A stretch of DNA of 64,000 nt from Octopus sinensis (GCF_006345805.1 NC_042999.1:64666001-64730000), one strand, 5' to 3'. Shown: positions 1 to 12,029, counted from the first letter of the stretch. Notes: generated by a model from the sequence alone, not told the origin. A program made the numbers and translations.

Positions 1-772
1 GATGTGCGATGTAATCTCTTCTCCAGATAAACAATACGTTCAAACTTGAACAGTCGAGTTCTCTGTTTGCCGTTTGATTGAACCTTTTTAAGAAGAAATC
101 GCGGAATTCTTCAACGTATGGTAAAGTATCACGGTCCATTTGCATAATCGGACTGTTATATCCCATAATACTCCAAACAAGTTCACGGAATATGACAGGC
201 CTCTTTATCCTTTTTAACCTAGTGTAACCTGCAAAAAGATTTTTCCATATAGAATCAAGCGAACCTTGAGGATGTGCGTCAATCCAAAGAATTCTGACAT
301 TTCGTGGCTGTTTTTTGAATACAAGCAACATTAGAAAAGCGTTATAAAAATCCGTCATGGTGTGATAGAAATTGACGTATTCGTAACGCGTAATTGCTAT
401 CGTAAAACACGTTTCAGTGAAAATGTTTTGATATCTGAAACTAGATGTTCCTTTTAACACTGACCACCAATCATTCAAATGGTTTCTTTTTAGAAACTGA
501 TACGTTGATATCGAATGACAGTTTACTTTAAAGAAACCGGGTTCGAGGTTTAGATATTCCTCTTCTTCCGATTGGTTGAACACAGTGTTAAGGTTTTCTC
601 CCCCTTCGTGACCCTTGCACAATTTTGTATCAATTAAAACATCGTTTAGCTTTGCGAATTCACTCGAGAAACATTCAATTCCCTTTGAACAAAAATAAGC
701 TCGGTTTTTAATCCAACCAGAAACCGTTGGATCTTTTATAATGAAGTCTTTTGCGAAATATGGAAAGTCTGT

Positions 773-985
773 GTTTGATGATGATGATGCTGCCCCTGAT
801 GCTGATAATGACGATGATGATGATGATGAAGATGCTGAGTTTAATGATAATTTTAACTTTGATGGTAATAACTTTAATGATAATTTTGACGATGAATTTA
901 ACGACGATGATAATGACGCTGATGATGATGAAGATGATGACGATGAAGATGATGACGATGATGACGATGATGACGACGAAGATCT
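773..985. repeat. Degenerate (GAT/GAC)n trinucleotide microsatellite
   Basis: Visible gatgatgac runs. The poly-D and poly-M ORFs at 741-1007 and 751-987 are translations of it. Confidence 0.9.
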
Positions 986-1394
986 AGATTTAGATTTTAA
1001 TAGATAATACGTCTTATTTCGCATGGAATGTTTGAGAATAAATGCATCTTGTAGAAAAAGTTTATTTAAAGATAACGGATCTCTCTCTGAAAAGAAATTA
1101 GTTTTCGAATTAAAAGTTGGAACCAAAAGAGCACTCCAGAAAATCATGCCAAAAGCAGCGAAAAAATACGCCAATACGATTAATAGCAACGATCGTTGGG
1201 CATCAAATTTAGCGAAGCGTCGGAATCGCATTATGGCAGCTGAAGGATAACGGTGAGTCCTGAGATGGAAAAGTCTTTAGTTGTGCGAAGCGTATCATTC
1301 AATTTAATTTGGCAACGGAATTCTCCTGCGCTTGGGATTCATTTGGGGAAACGGTTGAAAAATCATCCGCTATGTTTTCTCTCGAGATGTTTGT

Positions 1395-1600
1395 TGATGT
1401 CGTTGCTGTTGTTGTTGTTGTTTGCTGTTACACTTCTTATTGCTATTGTTGTTGTTGGTATTACTGCTGCTGATGTTGCTGCTATTGTTTTCGTTATTCT
1501 TGCGGTTATTCTTGCTTTCGATGTTTCTTTTAGTTCTGCTCACACTGCTACTGCTGACGTCGACGTTTTTCTTGTTTTTCTTTTTGCTGTTTTTGTTGTT
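1395..1600. repeat. Degenerate (TGT/TGC)n low-complexity tract
   Basis: Runs of gttgttgtt and gctgctg. Confidence 0.8.
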
Positions 1601-2204
1601 TCCAGAAGACATGTATTCCGGATTAGTGGTGGCAAGACTATGGACAAATATTGTTTCTTTATCGATTTTTCGTTCGATTTTCAATAACTGGTTTCCCTAG
1701 GGAATAAAAGGAAAGAATAAAAGCAAAATTATGAAAAATGAACACACAAAAATCAATCAAAATAAAACAAAAAAGTAAACAACAAACAAAAGCAACATAT
1801 TTAGCAGTCAGGTATTTCAAAGATGGCGATAAGTTGTTATTTGATATTACAAGACGACATTCGTTTAATACCACTTATCTGAAAAATACAGCCGCTTGTA
1901 GAATAAATTACGAAGAAAAGTATGAAAAGAATATACTAAAAAATATAGACCGAAGTAATGTAACCCCTCAAAAATGTCTAAAATAAGGGAATTCTGAAAC
2001 ACTAACGAGAGGTAACTGTTTATTAGAACATGGATTAAAAAAATAGATAGACGTGTCGTTCGCGAGAAGAGACTCAATAGAACGCTCTACTAAGCACGTC
2101 ACTCCGAACGGCAAGTCGAGTCGTATGCAAACGATCCTTTTCGTCTCGAGCTCTTCGAACATGGATTAAGTAGGCACATGATCAAAGCCGTCATTATGTT
2201 CAGC

Positions 2205-2590
2205 ACTACATTCTCTTATGTATCTTCCCTTTTCCCTTTATTTTTGAAGTCGCTGAATATGTGATTTGAGGGAGCATTTGTCTCTGAAGTCGAGGGATAC
2301 ACTTTTAAACTTTTTTTTATTAACTCATAATAATGGTTTCCAGCTTTCATAGTTTCTTACAATAGTTCAAATCAAAGCAGATTAAATTGACATATAATCA
2401 ATGGCATTCTAACCATGACAATCTCGTTTTCATTTTCATACCAAACACAATATCTTACGTGTCTTTCCTTTTCCATTATTTTTTAAGTCGTTGAATATGT
2501 GATATGTGGGAGCATTTGTCTCTTATTTCAAAGTCGAGTGATTCACGTATAGGCTCTCTTATTAACTTATAGCAATGGTTTGCAGCTTAA
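2205..2590. repeat. Diverged tandem duplication, period about 240 bp
   Basis: 'ttttgaagtcgctgaatatgtgatttgagggagcatttgtctc...ttattaactcataataatggtttccagctt' recurs as 'ttttaagtcgttgaatatgtgatatgtgggagcatttgtctc...ttattaacttatagcaatggtttgcagctt'. Confidence 0.65.
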
Positions 2591-2634
2591 ACTTCAAAAC
2601 CACACATTTCAGGTAGAATGTGACCACGCTCCCA

Positions 2635-2883
2635 CGTGATCAACTAGGCTGTCACATGTTATTGCATATCGCTGATCACAATGCAACTTTGCATTGGTTT
2701 TAGCCTTCAAATGACGCCACCCCGCTGGCTACGTGAGCAGGCCAGCATTTCCACAGGATCGAAAGAGGGACTGGAACAATGTAAAATGAAGTGTTTCGCC
2801 CAAGAACACAACGCACTGCCGAGTCAGGGAATCGAACCCACGATCGAGCGATCGTGAGTGCAACAACTTAACCACTAGGCCAC
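2635..2883 (-). mobile_element. tRNA-derived SINE, family C head with its own body
   Basis: Minus strand begins gtggcctagtggttaag (A box)...gggttcgattccc (B box)...gcgttgtgttcttgggcgaaacacttcattt. The same head type is at 18587 and 24177. Confidence 0.8.
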
Positions 2884-3099
2884 TAATTTTGGACTAATTT
2901 TTATGCCCCTCCTCCTAACGGGGGTGGGATTTGAACTTTGTTGGTGAAATGTTGTCCTCTACAAGAGGAAAATATTTTATTTCCCATTTTTGTGCGAAAC
3001 TATTTCATTTGTGTAATTTACTTGGGAAATTAATTTTAACCGAAGAATATCAGTTAAAATTATACACGAGAGGTGTACACTCGTAAAGAGTAAGCACGA

Positions 3100-4413
3100 A
3101 ATGTGAAAAAGTTTTGGTGGTTGAAGCGTTGGCAACCGAAAATATCGACATACCTGTCAATCAGCTGGAAGGTTTATTAAAAGAATGAAAGAGAAAGGCG
3201 TTGACGTTAAAATATCACCCTCCTCCAGTGTGGTCGACACAGAAAAACGGACCGTAGTGTTTAAATCCTTCTACCTACACTTCGAAAAAGAGAAAATTGA
3301 AAAATGCTTGTCCCCGATATGGAAAGACGTAGCTTATATTGCAAGGGACAGGCATACGGTACAGTTGAGAGCCGTCTTTCTAGTGAAGAGGTGGCCCGCG
3401 AGCATTCCGTGTGTCCCCTAAAGACAAAGGTGGTGGCACTTCTACCTACATACATGGGAAGGCGGACTTCCCGTGTGAAGGTAACAGAAGTACCGGAGGT
3501 TGACCCGAAGGAGGTGATAGCCACCCTGTTGTTTAACAGGACCTATAAAATTCTTGCAAATTACATGCTCTGCCCCCCCCCAGAATTGCCTCGGTCGGAG
3601 CATTACAGCAATTGTACAGGGGATGCAGGAAGACCTTCAGGAGCTTCCTAAAAGGCTCTCGTGGGCGAGAATGTGGCCCTTAGAGTGCACGTGGAAGGAA
3701 GAAAACCCACCTGTTATGAATGTGGGGAAAAAGACCACATTCACGTGGACTGTGAAACAAGGAAACAAAAAGAAAAGGAAAAGATGGAAAAAATGGCGCA
3801 GGAACCAGGCCTTTCAGAAAACCCCAAAATAGTCCCCAAACCTACGCATATACCAGACACCACACAAGTAAAAATTCCCACTCCCCCAACTGCGGTGCCG
3901 GCCCCTAAACATAACACCACAAAATCCCAATCCCTGCATACACCAACCCTGACACAAGTAAAACTACCCACCCCCTTGTTGGCACCTGATGGAAAAAGTA
4001 CAGCTCCCTCGGACGACACCAATGAGGTGGTCGAGGAGGAGTACGCAGTAGTTCGTAAACGAACTCATACACTGTCCCCATCCATTTCCCCCACAAAAAC
4101 AAACGAGAACACACAGCCAATTACCAAAAAACCCTCACCCCTTTGTCACCGGGAAAAAGAAAAAGATGACTGTGACATTAAGGTGTTGGTGGAATTTGAT
4201 ACCAGAGACAAATACACAGACGAAATAATTATGAACCACCACACTGCCAAGCTTTTCTCGAAGCACAAAGACTTTCCGAAGAGATGTGCCTGGGTAAGGG
4301 AAACCCTATTCAAGCAGTTGAAGGAAAGACACCCAACGGCAATCGGAAGAACTGGGAACCTTCCGAAGTATTTGGAGAAGGAGGAGAAGGGAGGGCTGTC
4401 TCACGTGTGGTGA
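3100..4413 (+). pseudogene. ORF1 (gag-like nucleic-acid chaperone) of the L1/Tx1-type element, frameshifted
   Basis: Track ORFs 3185-3421, 3304-3651 and 3661-4413 join by frameshifts. Contains CYECGEKDHIHVDC (CX2CX4HX4C) followed by a Pro/Thr-rich linker. Confidence 0.8.
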
Positions 4414-4479
4414 GATCAGCCCCAACGTCGCCCGTGAAGGGTAAGTAGAACCTCTACTTTTTAAGTTGTGATTGCATTT

Positions 4480-5640
4480 AACCTTGGTTGTCTGAATGTG
4501 CGTGGTCTGAGTTCGAAGTGGAAGCAAACTTGTTTCCTCGACGACCTCAGATCACACGATAAACATGTGATGGTTACTACAGAGACCAAGCTGCACAGTC
4601 TATAAACCTTCTCGCCACTCCTGAATGGCTATGAGAAAATCACGTCTCCTCCAGATCGGAGGACGAAGACATTAGTAGTGTTAGGTGACTTTAACGCTAT
4701 TACTGACGCACGCATCAATAGCGTTGGCTCGACCGGTAGGAAAGTGAACTCACGTCTCGTGATCTGCTTAAGCGCTTTCAGCTGGCAAATCCTTGCAGAT
4801 TTGACTAGCAGGACGTCTCAGAGTGAACCTGGATTAGTGGAGACGGAATGCTCAAGTCTTACTTAGATAGGATAGTGTTAAGAACTAACGATAAGACCAG
4901 TTATAGCTGTCCACTGAATGTCCAAGTAGTCAACACTGCCCATAGAATAGTTAAGTGTAGACTGGACATAGAGAGTACAGTTAAGAGAAGACCCGGGTAC
5001 TTGAAGGTTAACAAGTCTATTTTGACTTGCGAGGCATACTGGATTAAGGAGTTAGTACAGAGGGAGTGAACCGTCGCTGTGGTTAATAACCGGTGGTGGG
5101 TTAGTCCTCAAGAGAGTCATTCGGTTTGAGTCCATTAGGTTTAGTCAACAGTTAAGACTAGATAAGGCCAGAATAGAAGAGCAACTAGTCAAGGACTTAG
5201 AAGAGGCGTTGAAGTTGGGCTCTGCATCCCACATTTTGGCTGCGAGACCGTCACCTCAAAGCCAAATATGAGGGGTGTAGAGTTCGGGCAAAAGTGCGAG
5301 CATCGGGCCATGAGAGAATTAATGTTGCCGGATCGGCCTGTACGGTAGAAACCCAGCGTGGCAACGATGCTACAATTAGGTCATTTGTCGACGAAAACGG
5401 ACGTTCGGTTGAAGGACGGGACGAGATGTGTGAGGCGCTTTACAAGCACTTTGCCGAATTGTTCGGGAGGAGCAGGACGCTGGATCATGGTGAGGCCCTT
5501 ATGGACTGCCTGTCTGGGGGCCCGCGTCTCTCGGCACGAGAGGCTGAGTGCTGTGAAGGGCCAATCACAGCCAAGTAGGTGATCGCGGTGCTGGGCGAGT
5601 GCCCCGGGGAGAAGTCGCCGGTTCGCGATGGTCTATAAAA
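4480..5640 (+). pseudogene. ORF2 fragment: AP endonuclease plus linker, with an internal deletion near 4660
   Basis: CLNVRGL...TETKLH runs almost directly into TKTLVVLGDFNA, so the central endonuclease motifs are missing. SDH-equivalent (TAH) and PGYxKxN motifs follow. Confidence 0.75.
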
Positions 5641-5733
5641 AAGTACCGGGATCGATTCATTCGACTAAAGTTCTTCAAGGCTGTGCCCCAGCATGGTCGC
5701 AGTCTAATAACCAAAACGAGTAAAAGAATAAAA
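5640..5733 (+). mobile_element. SINE 3' tail fragment (family A-type tail)
   Basis: aagtaccgggatcgattcattcgactaaag...ccccagcatggtcgcagtc...gagtaaaagaataaaag. Confidence 0.7.
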
Positions 5734-5746
5734 GTATATATATATA

Positions 5747-5968
5747 TACTCTTTCCTCTCTTTTCCTTGTTCCAGTCATCTGACTGCGGCCATGCTGGAT
5801 CACAGCCTTTAGTGGAGCAAATCGACACCAGGACTTTGTAAGCCTAGTACTTATTCTTTCGGTCTCTTTTGCCGAACCTCTAAGTTATGTGGACGTAAAC
5901 GCACAACGATCGGTTGTCAAGCGATGTTGGCGGGACAAACACAAACACACAAACATATACATACACAC

Positions 5969-6041
<73 letters not shown>

Positions 6042-6214
6042 TATATATATACATATATACGACAGGATTCTTTCAGTTTCCTTCTACCAAAACCACTCTT
6101 TGGTCGGCTCGAGGCTATAGCAGAAGGCACTTGCCCAAGGTGCCACGCAGTGGGACTGAACCCGGAACCATGTAGTTCGTAAGCAAGCTACCTACAACAC
6201 AGCCACTCCTGCGC
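5747..6214 (-). mobile_element. tRNA-derived SINE family A (CORE-like domain, internal TA/TG microsatellite)
   Basis: Head gcgcaggagtggctgtg...ggttccgggttcagtccc, CORE-like gcaccttgggcaagtg, and (gagtaaaa)-type tail. More than 10 copies occur in the window. Confidence 0.9.
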
Positions 6215-6223
6215 TGTATGTAC

Positions 6224-6288
<65 letters not shown>

Positions 6289-6680
6289 TATATGTATATA
6301 TATTTATAGATACACACACTCATACGCGCGCGCACACACTAGCACGCACACACGCACATACATCGCGTGCGTAATTCGTCTGCCGTTAGAACTTGGCGTT
6401 ATAGTTATTTTAAATGACTTAAGTCCAAGACACGTTGAACAATGTAACGTCTTCTGATAGACTGAAACAGCCAAATCTTCTAAGTTCTAGGTGTTGTTAC
6501 TTTCTTTATTGTTTCCTTATATCCTCTGTATTATTCTGTGTAGTAAGTTTTAGTTGTGCTCTCTAGGCTTTGGATTTTGCCTGAAGCAAATGGCGATCTA
6601 TTGTGTTTACATTTATCTATTTTCTAATCTACTTTTAGCTTTTTAGGTTTTGAAATATTTTCCTCATAACTTTTACAATA

Positions 6681-6684
<4 letters not shown>

Positions 6685-6732
<48 letters not shown>

Positions 6733-6900
6733 CAATTAAGGACAACTACTTAATAAGGAAAACTTAACAAGAAATTGTCAGGTAGATAGCGTGAAAACCT
6801 CATAAGAGAATAAATTTCGAAAATAATTATTTCTTATTGAACATATTAATTTATATATATGTATGTATAATGCTCTCTGGCATGTATGTATAATGCCCTC

Positions 6901-6968
<68 letters not shown>

Positions 6969-7031
6969 AATATATACACACATACATACGTACATACATA
7001 CACACATACATACATAGATACATACATACAT

Positions 7032-7094
<63 letters not shown>

Positions 7095-7243
7095 CATACA
7101 ATACTATGTAATCTTATTATTATCGTTGTGGTTGTGGTTGTTATGAGAGTAAAAAAATATAAAACGAATTTTAATCTTATATTTATATATAATAATAATA
7201 ATAATAATATAATAATAATAATAATAATAATAATATAATAATA

Positions 7244-7290
<47 letters not shown>

Positions 7291-7319
7291 TATATATATG
7301 TACACACACACTCACACAC

Positions 7320-7340
<21 letters not shown>
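6685..7340. repeat. Compound microsatellite block: (TA)n, (CATA)n, (AAT)n, (CA)n
   Basis: Directly visible. Confidence 0.95.
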
Positions 7341-7361
<21 letters not shown>

Positions 7362-8232
7362 GACCTCAGTTCATGTAGGATATGTATATTTACACACGGT
7401 ATATATAGGTTAAGTATATAAATATAGACTATATATAAGAGCAACGGTACAATCTGCTACGCAATCCATTATTCAGCCAGCTTTCTACATTCTTAATAAT
7501 AAACCTACATTTGTTAATACATACTTGACCTTAATGTGTAAAAAGCTTAATATTTAGAATAAACGGAAGTGGAATCGCTGGTAAGGTGAATAATACAAAC
7601 ATACATAATCACATACAAACACACACACACGCACACATACACACACATTAGTTCAGTAAAATTCCAGTAAAACCTTGTAGAATGCTATGCAAAGCTCGTC
7701 CGCAATTATCGGCTACCTGTTGTTATTATACTGTGGAAATTCTTCTGTTACTGAATTCCATAGTAAGCGTAGAGTTTATATAAATAGTAAAATGTGAATA
7801 GTAATGATAGAAAATGGAATTAACGACATTGTTTATACCCTCTAGAACTGATTCGACATACTCTTACATCTTTGGTACATAGGTGAGAAGGGCAATCAGT
7901 CTCATACATACAAGGTGTTAAATGCGTCTCCTCAGGTGATTGTTTAAATAAGTTCTTCGTTACATCCTCTCACCATTTCATTCAATCTGATAATGTCTAC
8001 TCAGAGTGTTGTATAATTCCCAGTAGATCACAGTGGAGACTAGAACCGTAGATGTAGTTACAGACAAAATACAATTACAATCAAAATACAAAATAATTAT
8101 TAAAAAAACCCAGAAAAGAAAAGCGTCAGGCGGATTGTAAATTATCATTGTATCTAAACGGTCAGATTATATAAGGATGAAAGTACAAAAAGACTAAAGG
8201 ATAAAATGAAGAATAAAATAAAACGTTAGAGG

Positions 8233-8361
8233 AGGTGTAGGAGTGGTTCCGAGTTCAGTCCCACTGCGTGGCACCTTGGGCAAGTGTCTTCTACTATAGC
8301 CTCGGGCCGACCAAAACCTTGTGAGTGGATTTGGTAGACGGAAACTGAACGAAGCCGTTCG
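8233..8361 (+). mobile_element. SINE family A 5' fragment
   Basis: ggttccgagttcagtcccactgcgtggcaccttgggcaagtgtcttc...ggtagacggaaactg. Confidence 0.85.
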
Positions 8362-8384
8362 TAAGGGGGCGAAATGGCAGAAAA

Positions 8385-8977
8385 AGCGAGATGGCAGAAA
8401 CGTTAGCACGCCTGGAGAATTGCTTAGCGGTATTTCGTCTGCGTTACGTTGTGAGTTCAAATTCCGCCGAGGTCGACTTTGCCTTTCATCCTTTCGGGGT
8501 CGATAAATTAAGTACCAGTTACGCATTGGGGTCGATGTAATCGACTTAATACCTATGTCTGTCCTTGTTTGTCCCCTCTGTGTTTAGCCCCTTGTGGGTA
8601 ATAAAGAAATAGGTATTTCGTCTGCCGCTACGTTCTGAGTTCAAATTCCGCCGAGGTCGACTTTGCGTTTCATCCTTCCGGGGTCGATTAAATAAGTACC
8701 AGTTACGTACTGGAGTCGATATAATCGACTTAATCTGTTTGTCTGTCCTTGTTTGTCCTCTCTGTGTTTAGCTCCTTGTGGGTAGTAAAGAAATAGGTAT
8801 TTCGTCTGTCGTTACGTTCTGAGTTCAAATTCCGCCGAGGTCGACTTTGCCTTTCATCCGTTCAGGATCGATAAATTAAGTACCAGTTGCATACTGGGGT
8901 CGATGTAATCGACTCAATCCCTTTGTCTGTTCTTGTTTGTCCCCTATGTTTAGCCCCTTGTGGGCAATAAAGGAATA
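8385..8977 (+). mobile_element. SINE family B (Meta/MESC-like domain): one head followed by three tandem ~183-bp bodies
   Basis: Units 8429-8611, 8612-8795 and 8796-8977 each start ggtatttcgtctg and end aaagaaata or aaggaata. Confidence 0.9.
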
Positions 8978-9604
8978 GGAAACTGAACACACACACACAC
9001 ATATATATATACATATATATATTTCGTAAGGACGGAAGGAGGGACACATGCATGTTTGGAAGGTATTTACATTCAGCAAAGAAACGTTATACATATTAAA
9101 ATAAAATAAAAAGGAAAAGCTCCAGAATCGTTCATATGAAAAACACAAGGAACGGGAATGCCTGTATTTGCAAAATTCAAAAAAAAAAAAAAAGCGTTTA
9201 TATCCAAAAGGTAAGAACTGAGCATATATTGGAAAGACCTTTTATATATTTTGTTTTATTTGAAATGTGTTATTTATAACACGGCTAGTATTCTGACACC
9301 TTATAGAATATTTCAGTTACTTAAAGATATTGCAGGATTAGTTGATTATAATCAAATTTGCTTTTCAAGTGCCAACTCTTGGAAATTCTTTGGTTTAGAT
9401 AACGCAAATATTATTCCATTTAAAATTAAAGTAAAATAATTTTAATGAATATTTTCTACGTGCCAACTGAATTAAAAACAATTTTTCTTGTTTCAATCAT
9501 TGGACCACGGCCATACTTAGGCACCATCTTTAAAGTTCTAGTACTTATAGTTATTCTAAAGTTTGGTACTTATTCTATCGGTGTCTTTTGCCCTTGAAAG
9601 GGAT

Positions 9605-9664
<60 letters not shown>

Positions 9665-9864
9665 ATATATTTGAAGTATTAATTTATAAAAATATGGTAA
9701 AGTAAAAAATTCACTTTACCACACACCGAACTTTTCAGAAATAGCAGCCAAAAATTGGGCTATTTCTTCAACTGCAAATAAAAGTCTCCAGACAATGCAT
9801 ACTCAGAAAATACTCACATAGGTATAAGGGAAAAAACAATGAAAGATCACATCCATATACGATA

Positions 9865-9926
9865 CCCGAGGACAGTCTGTTTCTGGATTTGTGGGTAAAA
9901 CGCCACTTTTCCTTCATCAGCTCAGA
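9865..9926 (-). ncRNA. Type I hammerhead ribozyme motif (minus-strand copy)
   Basis: Exact reverse complement of 10425-10486. Confidence 0.75.
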
Positions 9927-10424
9927 GATTTCTTCTGATTTAGATTTGAAAATACTAAGAATCTAACATACCCGTCCGATATCTGTAACATCGGACAAAC
10001 CATGCCAGACACCCAGTACTAGCGAATCCAAAAATACGAATGAGATCTATTATTCTCCCTGTCCACCCACGTGAGTCATAGAGCATTACATTTCTACAGA
10101 GGTAAAAACTGCAGTTCAAATATACCGTAAATGGTCTTTACATACCGAATACTGCTTGGTCGAATTTATTAACAATTAATTAATTCTACCCCTTTTTTTG
10201 ATGACAATATAATGCTTTAATCTCCAAGAATTTGAACTGCAGTTTTTACCTCTGTAGAAATGTAATGCTCTATGACTCACGTGGGTGGACAGGGAGAATA
10301 ATAGATCTCATTCGTATTTTTGGATTCGCTAGTACTGGGTGTCTGGCATGGTTTGTCCGATGTTACAGATATCGGACGGGTATGTTAGATTCTTAGTATT
10401 TTCAAATCTAAATCAGAAGAAATC

Positions 10425-10486
10425 TCTGAGCTGATGAAGGAAAAGTGGCGTTTTACCCACAAATCCAGAAACAGACTGTCCTCGGG
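10425..10486 (+). ncRNA. Type I hammerhead ribozyme motif
   Basis: Stem I tctgag/ctcggg; core CTGATGA at 10431-10437; stem II gga..gtgg/ccac..tcc; GAAA at 10468-10471; stem III acag-a-ctgt; GUC cleavage triplet ending at 10480. Confidence 0.75.
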
Positions 10487-10764
10487 TATCGTATATGGAT
10501 GTGATCTTTCATTGTTTTTTCCCTTATACCTATGTGAGTTATTTTCTGAGTATGCATTGTCTGGAGACTTTTATTTGCAGTTGAAGAAATAGCCCAATTT
10601 TTGGCTGCTATTTCTGAAAAGTTCGGTGTGTGGTAAAGTGAATTTTTTTACTTTACCATATTTTTATAAATTAATACTTCAAATATACCGTAAATGGTCT
10701 TTACATACCGAATACTGCTTGGTCGAATTTATTAACATTAATTAATTCTACCCCTTTTTTTGAT

Positions 10765-10813
<49 letters not shown>

Positions 10814-10829
10814 GCTATTGGTCCATGAC

Positions 10830-11600
10830 AAACTGCTTTGATGATCGATGTTGCTATCATCACGAAGCTTTCTACAAAGATATTCATGCTTAGTCTTCTG
10901 CTCATATAGGCTCATCCTTTCATCTGATGATACGTTGTGGTAGAGTCTTATGACTTATTTGGGCATGTATTCTAGGTTATCAGACAAAGAGTATTGCTCA
11001 AGGAGTTGCTTTACAAGTCTTATGATGTTATCAGCCACAAACTTATATGCAAACTTAGTCAAGGGGTGCACTTCGACACTTGGTGGTTGAAAGATGTTGC
11101 CAAAAGGATATTATGAGACATTCAAAGGCATTTTGGATCGATGTTAAGCCTCTGCCACCTTGGTTTCGTTTTATGTCTAGGCAGTCTACGTCACTGTTTA
11201 TATGGAAATTATGTGTGCTTGTTAGTATTTTTAGGGTTTTCACATCAAGCGCTCGGATCTCATCAAGCATCGAATCTAGCACGCCAAATGTTGGTATGAA
11301 TACTGGCACTGCAAACACATTGTGGGCCACTGTTTTATTGACTGCAGAGAGTTCTGAGGACCAAATTTTCTTTATTCGGCTGAAATATTCTTTAGTGACG
11401 ACCCGTGTTTTGTTACAGGTGCCATTGTAAGACATTATTTCATCCACTCCTAGACACCTGTAACATCCTTCGTCAGATACAGGGGAAACAGTCAAATCCT
11501 TGATAGAGATGTTACTAGTCTGGTTTATAGTTTTCTCCCTTTTCACAACCATATAACAACATTTATCCTAACCAAACTCCACCCCTACATCGTTTAAGAA
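10830..11600 (-). mobile_element. Decayed R4/Dong-type (RLE) LINE, RT-thumb fragment
   Basis: ORF 11055-11552(-) has CYRCLG (YKYLG-like), IWSSELSAVNKTVAHNVFAVPV and FHINSDVDCLDIKRNQGGRGL. Confidence 0.8.
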
Positions 11601-11992
11601 TGTTGTAACTAGGTCAAGGGTCTTATATATGTATGTATGTGCTTGTATGTACGAACGTATATATATATATATATATATATGTACGTATGTATATGAAATT
11701 TACAACTTGAAATTCAGGAAAGAAAGTGTATATTTAGTAAGGACGGGTCATTATGTAAACTAAGGTTAGAATCCGATATATTCAGTATGACAGGACACTT
11801 ATATATTAAGGTTACAGTGTAGATCTTCCGTCTCATGATAAATTTTTCCTTTTCTTTTCCAAGTGCATTGGTTGCTTCTCTTTCTTTTTTGATTAAGATA
11901 TTAAAAATACTGAGTTACTTTTCAGATCATGTACCAAACTAACAATTATATAATACACACATTCCCTTTCTCTCTGTTCTCTTTCTCTCTGT

Positions 11993-12029
<37 letters not shown>

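Larger units (their letters stand above)
2885..5640 (+). mobile_element. Decayed L1/Tx1-type non-LTR retrotransposon, 3'-truncated at the start of RT
   Basis: Frameshifted gag-like ORF1 with a CCHC knuckle, followed by an APE endonuclease (LNVRGL, ETKL, VVLGDFNA, YLDRIV, PGYLKVNKSIL). Pre-RT linker reads EAECCEGPIT...EKSPVRDG (KSPGxDG-like). Many stops and frameshifts. Confidence 0.85.
9666..10767. mobile_element. Penelope-like pLTR-derived inverted dimer flanked by (TA)n on both sides
   Basis: Arms 9666-10121 and 10230-10687 are reverse complements, each with a hammerhead motif. Segment 10121-10205 recurs directly at 10684-10767. The Penelope assignment is inferred from the hammerhead and the inverted architecture; no RT or GIY-YIG ORF is present. 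Confidence 0.7.

Noticed and set aside
741-1007. Acidic poly-Asp ORF
   Set aside because: It is a translation of a (GAT)n microsatellite, with no non-repetitive domain or splice evidence.
1023-1250. 75-aa ORF ending RRNRIMAAEG, faintly like a Tc1 C-terminus
   Set aside because: No catalytic motif or TIR was found; the similarity is too weak.
6851-7444. YI/IY-repeat ORFs here and throughout the window
   Set aside because: (TA)n, (CA)n and (AAT)n artefacts.
8429-8977. CRISPR-like or satellite array
   Set aside because: Units are whole SINE bodies with no unique spacers, in eukaryotic context.
11460-11485. Minus-strand CTGACGA motif
   Set aside because: It lies in LINE coding sequence (SDEG codons) with no supporting stems.
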